A stretch of DNA of 62,580 bases, counting the filler, from Candidatus Fermentibacterota bacterium (GTDB lineage Bacteria > JAFGKV01): NCBI GenBank assembly GCA_016928395.1. It is 8 parts of 8 records of this genome, joined end to end, with 100 filler letters (N's around TTAATTAATTAA, not from the genome) between each part and the next. Parts side by side here need not be neighbours in the genome. Positions count along the whole stretch, not along the records: positions 40,593 to 54,984 come from JAFGKV010000318.1; positions 55,085 to 59,748 come from JAFGKV010000320.1; 6 more parts are not named here. The stretch is one strand, 5' to 3'. Made by a program: the position numbers and the translations under genes. Below are positions 49,124 to 59,848 of this stretch, one piece after another; within the stretch, counting starts at the first letter, position 1, and each line of letters opens with the position of its first letter. The notes below the pieces were generated by a model. The model was given only the letters and a program-made list of their open reading frames with translations. It was not told where the DNA came from and searched no databases.

Positions 49124-49173
49124 GTGTTACCTATGTTCTGAACCTGAAACGTTACCCATGTTCTGACTTGACC
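49124..49173 (+). mobile_element. Orphan IS end (IS481-like) with two internal direct repeats
   Basis: GTTACCTATGTTCTGA ... GTTACCCATGTTCTGA-CTTGAC. Confidence 0.55.
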
Positions 49174-49364
49174 CGTCGGCTGGTAGAGAGCTGATAGCTG
49201 ATAGCTGAGAGCTGCCGCGCAGTGGCTACGTGCCCGCTGTGAGACTTTGCCCCCATTCGGTTCTCCCGACGGCCACATTGCCACCACCTGCCAGTTCTGT
49301 CACAAGTCAAAGCTTGGCCCCGCACCTCCGGATGCGGGGGCCTGACCCCAGGCAGCTACCTACG

Positions 49365-51119
49365 CTATTCCTGTTCATCCATTGAATCAGTCTCCTGGTC
49401 CATTGAATCAGTCTCCTGAGTCTTTGATGCAATGGGAGACTGATTCAATAGGCGTCGTCCAGGCAGGTAATAGGCCCCCGCACCCCGTCGTCCTGTTCCC
49501 GCAAGCCATTCCGCTTCAACGAGTTCCTTGAGCGCACGCCCCGCCGATATTCGGTTCGTACAAAGGATCTTGCGTGCGTCCCCATTGCGCAGTTTGCCGA
49601 CCTTCTGCAACCGGGGAAGCAAGCGAATCAACGTTTCGGGCATCTCAGGACCGGCGCGTAGCGGCTCGCGGACCTCGTAAACTTTGCCTCGCTTCACCGG
49701 GAGAACGGCCACCCCCTTGCGAATCATGTCCTTGATCGCGTTCGAAGCGCCGTAGATGTCAGTCCCGATGACCTTCTGAAACTCCCGGCTGGTGAAACGG
49801 TCGCCATGGGCGTGGGCATAGGCCAGTATGCGTTTCTGGTCGCCGGACAGCTCGACCTCCGCGAATTGCTTCAGCCACTCCAGCGTTTTACGGTCGTAGA
49901 TGGGCTCGTTTCGCAACGTCACCTGGAAAACGAAGCCCCCGACCATTTCAAAGCGCGGAGGGTAGCAACCGGCGCGATCCATCTCGTCGAAAATCCGAGG
50001 CACGCCTTCGCCGACATCGCGCATGTATTGCAGGTCCGACAGCACGCGGACGAGCATGGGGTTGCGCGAGAAATGCACCCGCTTTCGCCGGTTCAGCGCT
50101 TCGATCGTCACCGGCGCGGGCGGCAAGCCCGGACTGCGAATCTCCATGCGGTCATCGTACATCCAGACCTCGATGGGCGCGCCCTGCAGGCTGTAGTCCC
50201 GATGAGCGACCGCGTTCACGATGGCCTCCTGCCACGCGAATGTCGGGTACTCCAGCTTTTCGACAAAGAACAGGTCATGAAGCTGCTGTCGCTCCCGAAT
50301 GAACGGCTGGATCGCCTCGCGTGCCTCGCGGATCAGCACTGACAGCGGCTCTTCGATACGGAAACGTTTGGCGATATTCAACTCCGCGCCGGTCTTGCTT
50401 GCCGTGCCTTCCCAGCGGATGAAATCCAGGCCGCAACGCGGATGCCAGCGCGTAGGCTCCAGCCCGAACAGCAGAAGGGCCGCCAACGTCGGAACGGACT
50501 GACCATTACGCCCCGAAATCAGTCCGTAGCGACGCAAGGCGTCCTCCGGCGACAAACCTGGCCAGACTTTGCCGAGCTCGTCGGCCACCAGTTCCAGGTT
50601 CAAGTCGTCCAACCGCGCGCCAGGCGGGAAGGATCGCTCCAGCAGGCCCTGCGCTTTTGCGGCCTTCAGCGCCGCCACCTTGTCTGATGCGAAAGGCAAA
50701 CTCGTATCGTTCACCCGGAGCAAGCATCGGCTGTCGGCCAACAGGTGAACATCCGGGCTCCAATCCACCTCGAAATGGAGCAGCTTCTTTCCATCAGGCG
50801 CTTCGACTTTGCACGCCTGGCACGGCAGGGCGGGATTCACGTAGTTGCGATCCTTCGGCACACCTAGCAGCAGGCGGAGCTTGTCCTGCGCGTGCGGCAC
50901 TCCCGAGAGCGTGCCGTCATCCTCCATGCCAATCACCAGTTCCCCGCCGTCGGCATTGGCCATGGCCGCCAGCGTCTCGGCCACGTCCCGAGCAATATCT
51001 GCCGCCTTGCGCTGCTTCGGTCGGGAGCCGGACCGGTCCTACGCCGATTTCCGCTCGAAGAACTGTCCTTCCTCGGCGGCGGCCCAGCGGGCGATGTCCT
51101 TTTCTTCATGCGTCGGCAT
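49365..51119 (-). CDS. Schlafen/AlbA_2 + HATPase_c_4 + HTH protein, interrupted by an in-frame TAG at codon 27 (51039-51041)
   Basis: EGQFFERKSA*DR...AMANADGGELVIG; EAIVNAVAHRDY; RMEIRSPG; SRNP; GEGV. Confidence 0.85.
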
Positions 51120-51380
51120 TCGCTCTGCTCATTTCTTCGGCTTCGTGTTCGATTCGATCATGCGTTTCGCGTCAACGGAAATGCGCTCAAATGCCTCGCG
51201 GGCAAGAAGCAAGTTGGCAGGCCCTCTGCTCCTTCACCGTACGACTCTTCCCTTCGCTCCACCTCGCCGATTATCCGGTGCTCTCCCTGCGTCAGGTGCG
51301 GGCGCTTCCGAGAGTCATAGTTTCATCTACGGCCCCTCTCTGCGACTCTGAGGACGTTTGGATCGTGGAGTGGACCACCG

Positions 51381-51725
51381 CTACACCCAGAGCCGAGAGA
51401 GCAACAGGTAGACGCAGGAGGCAACAAGGAAGAAGCCGACAATAGCGAGCGCCCGCTTGCGCCTTGACCGTCGAAGCCCGGCGTATTCGTCCGGCCGAAG
51501 AAAGTAGCGGCCTCCTTCGGTGAGGCCGATGGCACCCGCAGAAGACAGGCGAGATAGTCGCCACAGGAGCAGGGGATTGCGAACCGAGACGTAGATCGCG
51601 CCCTCAGGCGAGTTGGCTCTATGCCGGACAAGCAACTTCACGAACCGCCTCTCCAGGGCAATGGAAGTAAAGCCGAGCGCCGCGACAATTGAGCCCAGCA
51701 CCTTCAGGATCTCAACAGCTCTCAT
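51381..51725 (-). CDS. Small two-TM hypothetical protein
   Basis: 114-aa ORF with GGAG RBS and hydrophobic termini. Confidence 0.55.
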   Translation of the reverse strand: MRAVEILKVLGSIVAALGFTSIALERRFVKLLVRHRANSPEGAIYVSVRNPLLLWRLSRLSSAGAIGLTEGGRYFLRPDEYAGLRRSRRKRALAIVGFFLVASCVYLLLSRLWV

Positions 51726-52583
51726 GCAGGCTCCGGAATCTCATGGTGTGACTGAGCGGTGGCTGCGTGGTTGCCTAATGGGTCGAAAGAAGCCCCGCCG
51801 CTCCCTACCGTCAAGCGGAGAACTGCCGGCAGTAGGCTGTCGGCTGGTAGAGAGCAGAAAGCTGAGAGCTGCCGCGCAGTGGCCACGTGCCCCCTCCGCA
51901 GCGCAGACTCTCGTTCGGCAACCTCGGAATCGGCGCCCGTGGCTCCCCGTAACTTGACATTTTACCTACGTCCCTAGCCCGCTACACGGCGATAGCGAGA
52001 AGACCAGATGATGATGCGCCTGCCCCCCACTCCTCTGGGGAGTTCTCATCCGGAAATGCGTGCCATGAGCTGTTCACATCTGGGCGGCACCAGGCCCTTG
52101 GGAAGACGCCGAGGCGCGTGACCCTCGCTGATCGAGCCTGCTCCGCACCAGGAGCAGTTCTCCCGCTGAGGGGGGGGACAAGCGGGTCGATCCGAAGGGC
52201 GCGTGTGGCGTCTTTGCTCAACGCGTAGACCCCGGGTGATCGACAATGAGATACTGCCGGCGCGGGAAGAAAGGAACGTCATCGAAATGGTCAAGCAGCA
52301 TTACGATTTCATCCCTTTGGCCATGCCGGGGACGGCATCCGGCTCGATGCCCCGGCGGCCTACCAGCAGACCCTGTGGGCTGGTTCCCCTGCACCAACGT
52401 GCCCGAGGTGGCGATCCGCCAATCTCTGAAGAACGTCTTGCCACGGAGGGTGCAGCCCCGCGCGGGAAGCTGCAAAAGGCAAGCTCCGCATCGGCAGAGC
52501 ATTCTCATATAGGACTTGTCCTATGTGAGACACGTCCTATATGCTCAAGACGGAGGTGCTGAGGTGTTGACAGCCGGTCGAAA

Positions 52584-54287
52584 CTACCGAGGGCTCTCTC
52601 TTGTGAGATGCTGGATCTTCTGGAGTTCTCGTTCCCGGAGCTCGGGGTAGAGAAACGAGTCACGCTCCGCCGTTGCGGAGCGGTCGAGGCGCTTCTCCTC
52701 ATAACCCTTGCGCTTGGCGACGACGCGGTACATGAACGCTGCGTCGCTCTGGCCTCCAGCGAGTTCCACCACATCGAAGCCGGTTTCACCTCTGATGACA
52801 CGGGTCCCTGCGCACTCATCGAGAAGCTGGATGAAGACCTTCATCGGGTTGGCGCCATCGATGGTCACGGTCTCAAGGAAGAGCGGGTCGAAATCGACGT
52901 GGCATCGGCCCTCCACCAGCCTCCCCTCGCCGAAGTCTTCGAACCAGTTCTCAGGGCTTTCCTGGCAGTAAAGAAGTCTCGGCCCCTCCGATGTCTTGAC
53001 GACACAGCTCTTAGTACCGCTGCAGGCGAGATTGCCCTGGGCGTACACCGCATCTCCCGAGGCTGAGTATGCCACGCCGAGCACTCCGACGGTAACGCCC
53101 GTCGTCGAGGTAGTCCACCCTTGGGCGCCTTTGCCGGTCGGAGACCAATTCACGAACCGCCCGCCATACCCGGTGCTGCTGGTTCCCGCTCCCAAGCCGA
53201 AGACACCGGCGCCTTCCGGGGAGTCGGTCACACCATAGACCCCCATGGTATTGCCACCGGTGGCGGTGTGGCTGCCGTGAACCGCCGCAGCATACTCCCC
53301 TGCGGTCACGCCGTATACGCCCTGGCCTGCCCCGTTGTTGGACAGGAGCATGATGGGGTTGCCGCTTGATCCAATCAGCTCACAGGGGATGGCGACCGAG
53401 AGTTGCACATCGCCCGATTCTCCTCCCCCGGTCAATCCCTCTCCCGCGACCACTGCCGTGATGTCGCCGAAACCTGTGGCATTGAGGGTTCCATCGACCG
53501 TCAGGTCCCCCGTGACACGTGTTCTTCCCACGAAGTAGCCAGCCCAGCCGGCTGTCGAATTCGTCTTCCCGTACACCCCGTACGTTGTTCCCGTGGCGGC
53601 CATGGCCTCCCCATACACGGCGGTGCCCGAGACCGAGCTGGTGGTCCCCCGAACCCCGAAGTTCATCCCCGTGGATGACGATGCATTCCCCAGGACGCCT
53701 CGTCCATCGATCGACTGACTCTCGAACCGGCCACCGAAGGTGTATCCGGTGGTCGATGTGGCCCAACCCTCGACTCCCCGGCCCGTGTTTGCCGAGGCGC
53801 TGCCGAACAACCCGCGCGCCGTGGCCGTCGACGTATTGGTCGCGCTGAATGTAGCCAGGTTCCCGGTGGAAATGGCGCCACTCACCTCGGTCCCCGCCAC
53901 TAAGCCGCTGGCCATGTAGGCATAGCCGACCGATCCCATTCTGGCGCGTGGGCTCTGGACATCCCCCTCGATGCTGGTCTCCACCCAGTAGTCAGCATCA
54001 AAAGGGAGATTGAGCGCAGGTTGAGGCGATTCCCCGAGCAGCACAGAGAAGATGCCCCCGCTGACCGTGGTCGCCACGGTGCCACTCGTCCACAGCGACG
54101 AGCCGCCGGAGGCGGCACCATAGATGGCGAAGGTCATGTCATAGTTCCCGTCGGCAACGGGTGCTCCTGCGCTGTCGGTCACCTTGCCCTGGTAGGTGAT
54201 CACTGTCGGGATGTCGGCACGACTCACGGTCGGGGTGACTGCGAGCAGAACCAAGAGCGAGATGAGAACACTGCGCGGCAGAGGCAT
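52584..54287 (-). CDS. Secreted Gly-rich beta-repeat protein with C-terminal intramolecular-chaperone-like domain
   Basis: Signal peptide; ITYQGKVTD..G.PV; GVYG repeats; GTKSCVV..LYCQESPENWFEDFG..YRVVAKRKGYE. Confidence 0.75.
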   Translation of the reverse strand: MPLPRSVLISLLVLLAVTPTVSRADIPTVITYQGKVTDSAGAPVADGNYDMTFAIYGAASGGSSLWTSGTVATTVSGGIFSVLLGESPQPALNLPFDADYWVETSIEGDVQSPRARMGSVGYAYMASGLVAGTEVSGAISTGNLATFSATNTSTATARGLFGSASANTGRGVEGWATSTTGYTFGGRFESQSIDGRGVLGNASSSTGMNFGVRGTTSSVSGTAVYGEAMAATGTTYGVYGKTNSTAGWAGYFVGRTRVTGDLTVDGTLNATGFGDITAVVAGEGLTGGGESGDVQLSVAIPCELIGSSGNPIMLLSNNGAGQGVYGVTAGEYAAAVHGSHTATGGNTMGVYGVTDSPEGAGVFGLGAGTSSTGYGGRFVNWSPTGKGAQGWTTSTTGVTVGVLGVAYSASGDAVYAQGNLACSGTKSCVVKTSEGPRLLYCQESPENWFEDFGEGRLVEGRCHVDFDPLFLETVTIDGANPMKVFIQLLDECAGTRVIRGETGFDVVELAGGQSDAAFMYRVVAKRKGYEEKRLDRSATAERDSFLYPELRERELQKIQHLTRESPR

Positions 54288-54700
54288 GGTAGCACTCCTG
54301 TGGGTTGGGGCATCCCTAGCCTGAAGCATGGATCTATGCCCGTTTGGCATTATCCGTCACAGCTTCTGTCGCGCGAAGCTATCTCTCATTTCTAGTGGAA
54401 ACAAGCATCCCACGCATCGACCATAGCCATTCTGCTTAAAGAGCCTCGTCAACGTGAGGAAGTATGGTGGATCCGGCCTTGCGACACCCATCGGCACGCG
54501 CTCCGACGCCAGGTTGGGCGACGAGGCGCGGACACGGTGGAGCGTGTCCCTTCAGAGATCTCAGCGGTAGGGATCAAAATCACGCGCGAAGAGGGTCTTC
54601 CTCTTGCACTTGCAGCATGAAACAGGGATCGGGTTCTTATCAGAGGTGGATGAACCGGCAGACGCGAGTGCCGACGGAGCCGTGGCGAAGAAGTGTTACC

Positions 54701-54922
54701 ATGAAGACCACCATCAGGCATTGCGAAAGCGAAGACTACTACTGGCGGATTCGACAGTTTCTGCGGGAGGTGTTCCTCCTGAATGACCGGCGGGAGGTGA
54801 GTTGGCAGACAGCACGAATGGACTACTGGCGCTGGCACGGTATCGAGAATATGGGCGATGGGACGCTTGAACACGATGTGTTCATCTGGGAGACCTCTGG
54901 AGGGTGTGCCATACTTAGTTGA
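54701..54922 (+). pseudogene. GNAT acetyltransferase N-terminus truncated at a probable IS end (about 54900)
   Basis: DYYWRIRQFLREVF..WQTARMDYWRWH..FIWET, then an abrupt switch to GAGGGTGTGCCATACTTAG. Confidence 0.5.
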
Positions 54923-55084
54923 GAATTGAGGCGGCCTCCCCGCCTCTGGTTATCTTGAGATAGACACGAACTCAAGGATCCAGANNNNNNNNNNNNNNNN
55001 NNNNNNNNNNNNNNNNNNNNNNNNNNNNTTAATTAATTAANNNNNNNNNNNNNNNNNNNNNNNNNNNNNNNNNNNNNNNNNNNN

Positions 55085-55150
55085 CATTCCATCATTCCAT
55101 CATTCCATCATTCCATCATTCCATCCACTCGTCCATTCATCCATTCTTCC
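55085..55150. repeat. (CATTCCAT)n microsatellite
   Basis: Direct inspection. Confidence 0.85.
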
Positions 55151-58100
55151 ATGTCCTGCCCGTGCGGAATGCACGCGTAGGGTGGTCGCAGCCTGCGGCG
55201 TGTGCCGGTACACGATGGGCCGCATGGGTACGAGACGGCGAATTTCGACGGTACACACACTCCAGTCCTGTGTGATCTCGCCTTCGATGACATAGGCCCG
55301 ATCGGGATGCAGGTCGTGACGCACCTGGCGATACTGCTCGGGGAAGATGACGGTCTCGAACAGCGATTCGCGGTCTTCAAAGGAGACGAATGCCATATCC
55401 TCCCGGCTTCTGGTTTGCACCGGCTTGGCCGTGACGTACCAGCCCATGAGCCGGATCGGTTCTCCGACGCGCTTTGGGATTTCCGCCGATCCCACGACAT
55501 TGGGGGCAGGCGTCTCCACCAGGTCCAAAGGATGCCCCTCTAGCGGGAAACCCAGAGTCTGTATCTCCTGCATCCGTGCCAAGCGCGAAGGCATGGGGGT
55601 CGCATGCCAGGTTGCCGGGGGAGGGATGAGTAGGGGATTCCGGGAACGCGGCCGGGCCGCCAGGTCCGCCAGGCGGTGCAGGAGTGGGATTCGACATCCA
55701 GGGCCGTGCAGCGAGTCCAACGCTCCGGCCAGGATCAGCCCCTGGGCCGCCTGCACCGGCATGGGGCACCGCGCCAGCATGTCTTCCAGCGACACGAAGG
55801 GGCCGTCGGCCCGGGCTTCAACCAGATGGCGGGCGGCGTCCTCTCCCAGGGCCTTGATCTGCCCCAAGCCGATCCGAATGGCGTCCTCCAAGGGAGTGTA
55901 TGCAACGGCGGACGCATTCACGTCGGGGCCGTGGATCGCCAGGCCCATCCGGCGGGCCTCAGAGACATAGGCCTGGGCCGAGTAGTAGCCGCCTCCGTTG
56001 GACAGCACGGCCGCCATGAACTCGGCCGGATGGTGGGCTTTCAGGTAGGCCGATTTGAACGACAGCAGGGCATAGCTCGCCGAATGCGCCTTGCAGAACG
56101 AATAGCCGGCGAAGCTCTCCACCATGGACCACAGCGTGGCGACCTGATCCTTTGAAAGCCCCTTGGCGCGCAAGCCCTCCTTGAACCGAACCGCCAGGTT
56201 GGGCAGAGGAATCCCTCGCTTTCCCGAGAGTGTCCGCCGCAACTGGTCTGCCAGGCCGTGATCGAAGCCGGCGAGCTCCACCGCGACCCGCATGACGTCT
56301 TCCTGGTAGCACAGAATGCCCCGGCTCTGGGCCAGCAGGTGATCAAGAAACGGATGAATCCGCGCATAGGAGCCTCCCCGCAGGCGGCGCACATACTCGG
56401 CGATCCACCGGTTGGCTGCGGGACGTATGAGGGAGCTGTGCACCACGAGGCTCTCGAATGACCCTGTCGCCGCCTTGGCCTGGAGCTGGCGCATGGCCGG
56501 CGACTCCACGTAGAAGATGCCCATGGTAGCACCTCTGGCCAGCATGGCCTGGGTTTCCCCATCGTCGAGCGGGCTGAACGCGCCGTACGTCAGTTTCACG
56601 CCAGTGCGGTTCACCGACTGGATGGCGTCGCGCACCACCGACAGTGAACGGTTGCCCAGGAGGTCAACCTTGACCAGCCCCGCATCCTCCGCCTGGTCTT
56701 TCTCCCACTGGATGACCGACAATCCGTCGGGCAAGGGTTCGCACGGGACCACGGTATCCACGCCGCCGGGTACGATCACCACGCCTCCGCAATGGCGTGA
56801 GAGATGCCGCGGAAAACCCCGCAGCAGGGCCGCCATGCGCAGCACCTCGCCAGCGGGGGAGGTGCGGGGGTCTTTGCCGACGTCTGCGTTGGCATCGCGC
56901 GTCGTCGCCCCGTGGCGTTGTACCTGGCGCCACAGCTCGGAGACCCGGGCCTCGGGCAGGCCCAGAACGCGCCCAGCCTCGCGGAACGCCCCGCGGCTGC
57001 GGAACGTGACATGGTTGGCCACTAAGGCGACCTCCCCCGGGGGCCGCGAGGCGAACACCCGCTGCAGGGCCCGGGGGCGTTCATCCCACGGGAAATCGAC
57101 GTCGATATCGGGAATGTCGGCCCGGCCCGGCCCCAGAAATCGCTCGAAGTACAGGTTGGCGGCGATGGGATCCACATCGGTGATGCCCAGGCAGTACGCC
57201 ACGACGCTGGATGCGCCGGAACCCCGGCCACAGGTGGCGTAGACGCCGGCGGTATGCACGATCTCGTGAACCAGGAGGAAGTAGTCGGCCAAACCCCGCG
57301 CGCCTATGACCCCCAGCTCGCCCTCCAACCGGGCCTGGAGGTCGCAGGGTGGCGGCCGGGGGTAGCGGCGCTCGGCTCCTTGTTCGGCCAAGCCGCGCAG
57401 CATTCTGATCGCTTCGACGGGGGATTCGCAGGTCCGCGGCACGATGGGCCGCTGGAACTCCCATCCGACGGCACATCGTTCGCCCAACTCCATCGTATGT
57501 CGCCACGCCTCTGGCCAGGCCTCCTTCCACCGGCGAACTTCCTCAGCCGGCGGTATCACGCCCGTTGTCGGCCAGAGGTCGGCGGGACGCACGTGATTCA
57601 GGGAAGACTGCAGCGCCACTGCCCGCTGGAGACGATGCACGAAGGCATCCTCCGGCTGCGCCAAGTAGATGTGGGGCGCCACTACGAGCCGGACCCCCCA
57701 GGTTTTGGCGAATCGGGCTGCGTCCGGCGCCCTTGGTCCCGGATTCAACACGGCGTAGACCCGGTCCTGCCCTGCCCAGGTGATGGCCGCGCCAAGCCCC
57801 CCCGGGTCACCCCCCAGAATCACCAGATCGGTGGGATCGAATGCTTCACCCAGTAGGCGGATACCCCATTCGGGATGAGCGTGATGCCCGGAGATCAGCC
57901 GCGACAGCGATGTGTAACCCCTTCGTGACGCGGCGAGGAATGTGAGAGGGCCCCCCGGAAACATGAGCGTCGTCCCGGCCACCGGGGTGATGCCATGCTG
58001 TCGCGCCAGCCGCATGAAGTCAATCAGCCCGTAGACGCCGCCTGTGTCCACAAGCGCCACGTGGGTGATACCTCGCTGCGCCGCGTTGCGGCACAGCGCT

Positions 58101-58162
58101 TCAAGCGAGAGCACGCCCCTGCCGAAGGAGTAGAACGAGAAGCAGCGCAGCAGCGGGATCAC
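55100..58162 (-). CDS. dnaE2: Error-prone DNA polymerase III alpha
   Basis: PHP-like N-terminus; GRGSGASS, FERFL, PDIDVDF, KVDLLG, YSFCKAHS; C-terminal OB fold; GTGA overlap with imuB. Confidence 0.9.
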   Translation of the reverse strand: MIPLLRCFSFYSFGRGVLSLEALCRNAAQRGITHVALVDTGGVYGLIDFMRLARQHGITPVAGTTLMFPGGPLTFLAASRRGYTSLSRLISGHHAHPEWGIRLLGEAFDPTDLVILGGDPGGLGAAITWAGQDRVYAVLNPGPRAPDAARFAKTWGVRLVVAPHIYLAQPEDAFVHRLQRAVALQSSLNHVRPADLWPTTGVIPPAEEVRRWKEAWPEAWRHTMELGERCAVGWEFQRPIVPRTCESPVEAIRMLRGLAEQGAERRYPRPPPCDLQARLEGELGVIGARGLADYFLLVHEIVHTAGVYATCGRGSGASSVVAYCLGITDVDPIAANLYFERFLGPGRADIPDIDVDFPWDERPRALQRVFASRPPGEVALVANHVTFRSRGAFREAGRVLGLPEARVSELWRQVQRHGATTRDANADVGKDPRTSPAGEVLRMAALLRGFPRHLSRHCGGVVIVPGGVDTVVPCEPLPDGLSVIQWEKDQAEDAGLVKVDLLGNRSLSVVRDAIQSVNRTGVKLTYGAFSPLDDGETQAMLARGATMGIFYVESPAMRQLQAKAATGSFESLVVHSSLIRPAANRWIAEYVRRLRGGSYARIHPFLDHLLAQSRGILCYQEDVMRVAVELAGFDHGLADQLRRTLSGKRGIPLPNLAVRFKEGLRAKGLSKDQVATLWSMVESFAGYSFCKAHSASYALLSFKSAYLKAHHPAEFMAAVLSNGGGYYSAQAYVSEARRMGLAIHGPDVNASAVAYTPLEDAIRIGLGQIKALGEDAARHLVEARADGPFVSLEDMLARCPMPVQAAQGLILAGALDSLHGPGCRIPLLHRLADLAARPRSRNPLLIPPPATWHATPMPSRLARMQEIQTLGFPLEGHPLDLVETPAPNVVGSAEIPKRVGEPIRLMGWYVTAKPVQTRSREDMAFVSFEDRESLFETVIFPEQYRQVRHDLHPDRAYVIEGEITQDWSVCTVEIRRLVPMRPIVYRHTPQAATTLRVHSARAGHGRMDEWTSGWNDGMME

Positions 58163-59280
58163 GGAACGAGGCCGATGGTGCTGCCCCGGCGAACGCAGGC
58201 CTGGCCGTACCGCTGACCCAGCAGGGCCAGCGTTGCGCCCAACCTCGCAACTCTGAACGCCTTCCTTTGGGGGAACAGGGGCAGCTGCATGCCGGCTGGC
58301 GCACCCCCCCACAGGCGAACGTCGACCGAACTCACCGCGGCACGCGACCAGAGGTCGCTCACGAGCCGGCAGGCCTCGGCGCCGACGGTCATGGGGTCTT
58401 CCGCCTCCGGATCGAAGATGGCCGTGCGTCTCGACGGAGCACGCCCGGCCTGCCAGACCCGAATCTCCACGCGCCGAACGCCCAGCCCCCGGCACGACAG
58501 CGTATGCCAGGCTCGATCCGCCGCGGCGAGCACTGCCCGGCGGCTCCCCGCCGCGTCGTTGCTGGGCGGCGACAAGGCTACCCGGGCCTGGGCATCGGCC
58601 TGGGTTTCAACGCGGTGCCCCCGGGCCAGGGCGTGAAGATCCAACCCCTCGCGGCCCAAGAGCTTGAGCGACAGCGCGCCGGGAAGCTCGGCCAGGTCGC
58701 CCACCGTGAACACGGCCCATCCATGGGCCAACGTCTCCACGCCGCGCCACGGTAGCCACGGAAGACCCGTCAGAGGCGCGGGGCCGAGGTCTGCCGATTC
58801 GCACCCCGGCATGATGACGGGGGGGACCGTCTCACCGGAGAAGGCCGCCACCCGGGCGGCGAGGCCGCCCCTGGCAGCCGCGGCATGAGCCTCCACGCCC
58901 AAAGTGGTCTCAAACCACGCCTCAATTCTGTTCACCTGCGCCGCGGGCGCTGATTCCCACACGGCCAGGCCGACCTCGTCATGCCCCACGAACGTAGTGT
59001 CATCTTCGAAGGCATCGACCAGCATCACCCGCAACGCTTCACGGGTGGCACGAGGGGAGGAGATAGCCTGGCCCTCAGGGCAGCGCGCCATCGCCTGCGC
59101 CACCCGCATGCCGCGTACGACGCCGGCGGAGAGAGCAGACGGCGATGCATACTCGACCGTCTGATCGTCGCAGCCCTTCACCAAGACCACAGGTTTGCCC
59201 GCCAGCGACGGCACCCGGCACGCGACGGCCGCGGCTACGGCGCCGGGCGCCACACCATGAATCCGCCACCGCGACATCAT
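58159..59280 (-). CDS. imuB: Catalytically degenerate Y-family polymerase ImuB
   Basis: [28 protein letters not shown]; clamp motif QLPLF; lacks the DinB N-terminal acidic motif. Confidence 0.75.
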   Translation of the reverse strand: MMSRWRIHGVAPGAVAAAVACRVPSLAGKPVVLVKGCDDQTVEYASPSALSAGVVRGMRVAQAMARCPEGQAISSPRATREALRVMLVDAFEDDTTFVGHDEVGLAVWESAPAAQVNRIEAWFETTLGVEAHAAAARGGLAARVAAFSGETVPPVIMPGCESADLGPAPLTGLPWLPWRGVETLAHGWAVFTVGDLAELPGALSLKLLGREGLDLHALARGHRVETQADAQARVALSPPSNDAAGSRRAVLAAADRAWHTLSCRGLGVRRVEIRVWQAGRAPSRRTAIFDPEAEDPMTVGAEACRLVSDLWSRAAVSSVDVRLWGGAPAGMQLPLFPQRKAFRVARLGATLALLGQRYGQACVRRGSTIGLVP

Positions 59281-59446
59281 GGCGACGTCGACCGTGCCGC
59301 CGTGGTGGTCGCCGCCTCCCCCAGGAGATCAACCCTCGACGGGCCTTGTGTCCGCCCGGTTCCGCGCGACATCCTGATACCTCCGGTGCGAGTACTATAC
59401 AAATGAACAGTAGTAACATAGGCGGGCGCGGCGGAAAGGCAAGAAG

Positions 59447-59600
59447 GATGGACGAATGGATGAATGGATGAATGGACGGAGGGAAGGATGGAAGGGGGGA
59501 CGAATGGATGAATGGATGGACGAATGGATGAATGGACGGAGGGATGAATGGACGGAGGGATGGATGGACGGAGGGAAGGATGGAACGGGATGGAAGGATG
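59447..59600. repeat. (GGAT/GAAT/GGAC) tetramer-based purine-rich tract
   Basis: Direct inspection. Confidence 0.85.
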
Positions 59601-59848
59601 GCTCGCTTCGCGAGCCGGCTCGGAGTTCAGGGTTCGGGGTTCAGTCTGGCCTCTGAGGACGCGGGCTCCCTCAGAATTCTCAGGGTTGAGAGTACGCTAC
59701 ACAGTGGCAAATCGGTCGCCCTTCGCTGCACGGGCGGGCACAGAGTCCNNNNNNNNNNNNNNNNNNNNNNNNNNNNNNNNNNNNNNNNNNNNTTAATTAA
59801 TTAANNNNNNNNNNNNNNNNNNNNNNNNNNNNNNNNNNNNNNNNNNNN

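Noticed and set aside
52203-52500. Protein-like fragments in shifting frames
   Set aside because: Probably a pseudogene, but no family could be recognised
59447-59600. CRISPR array or MDEW-repeat ORFs
   Set aside because: Low-complexity tetramer tract with no repeat-spacer structure; no cas genes in the window
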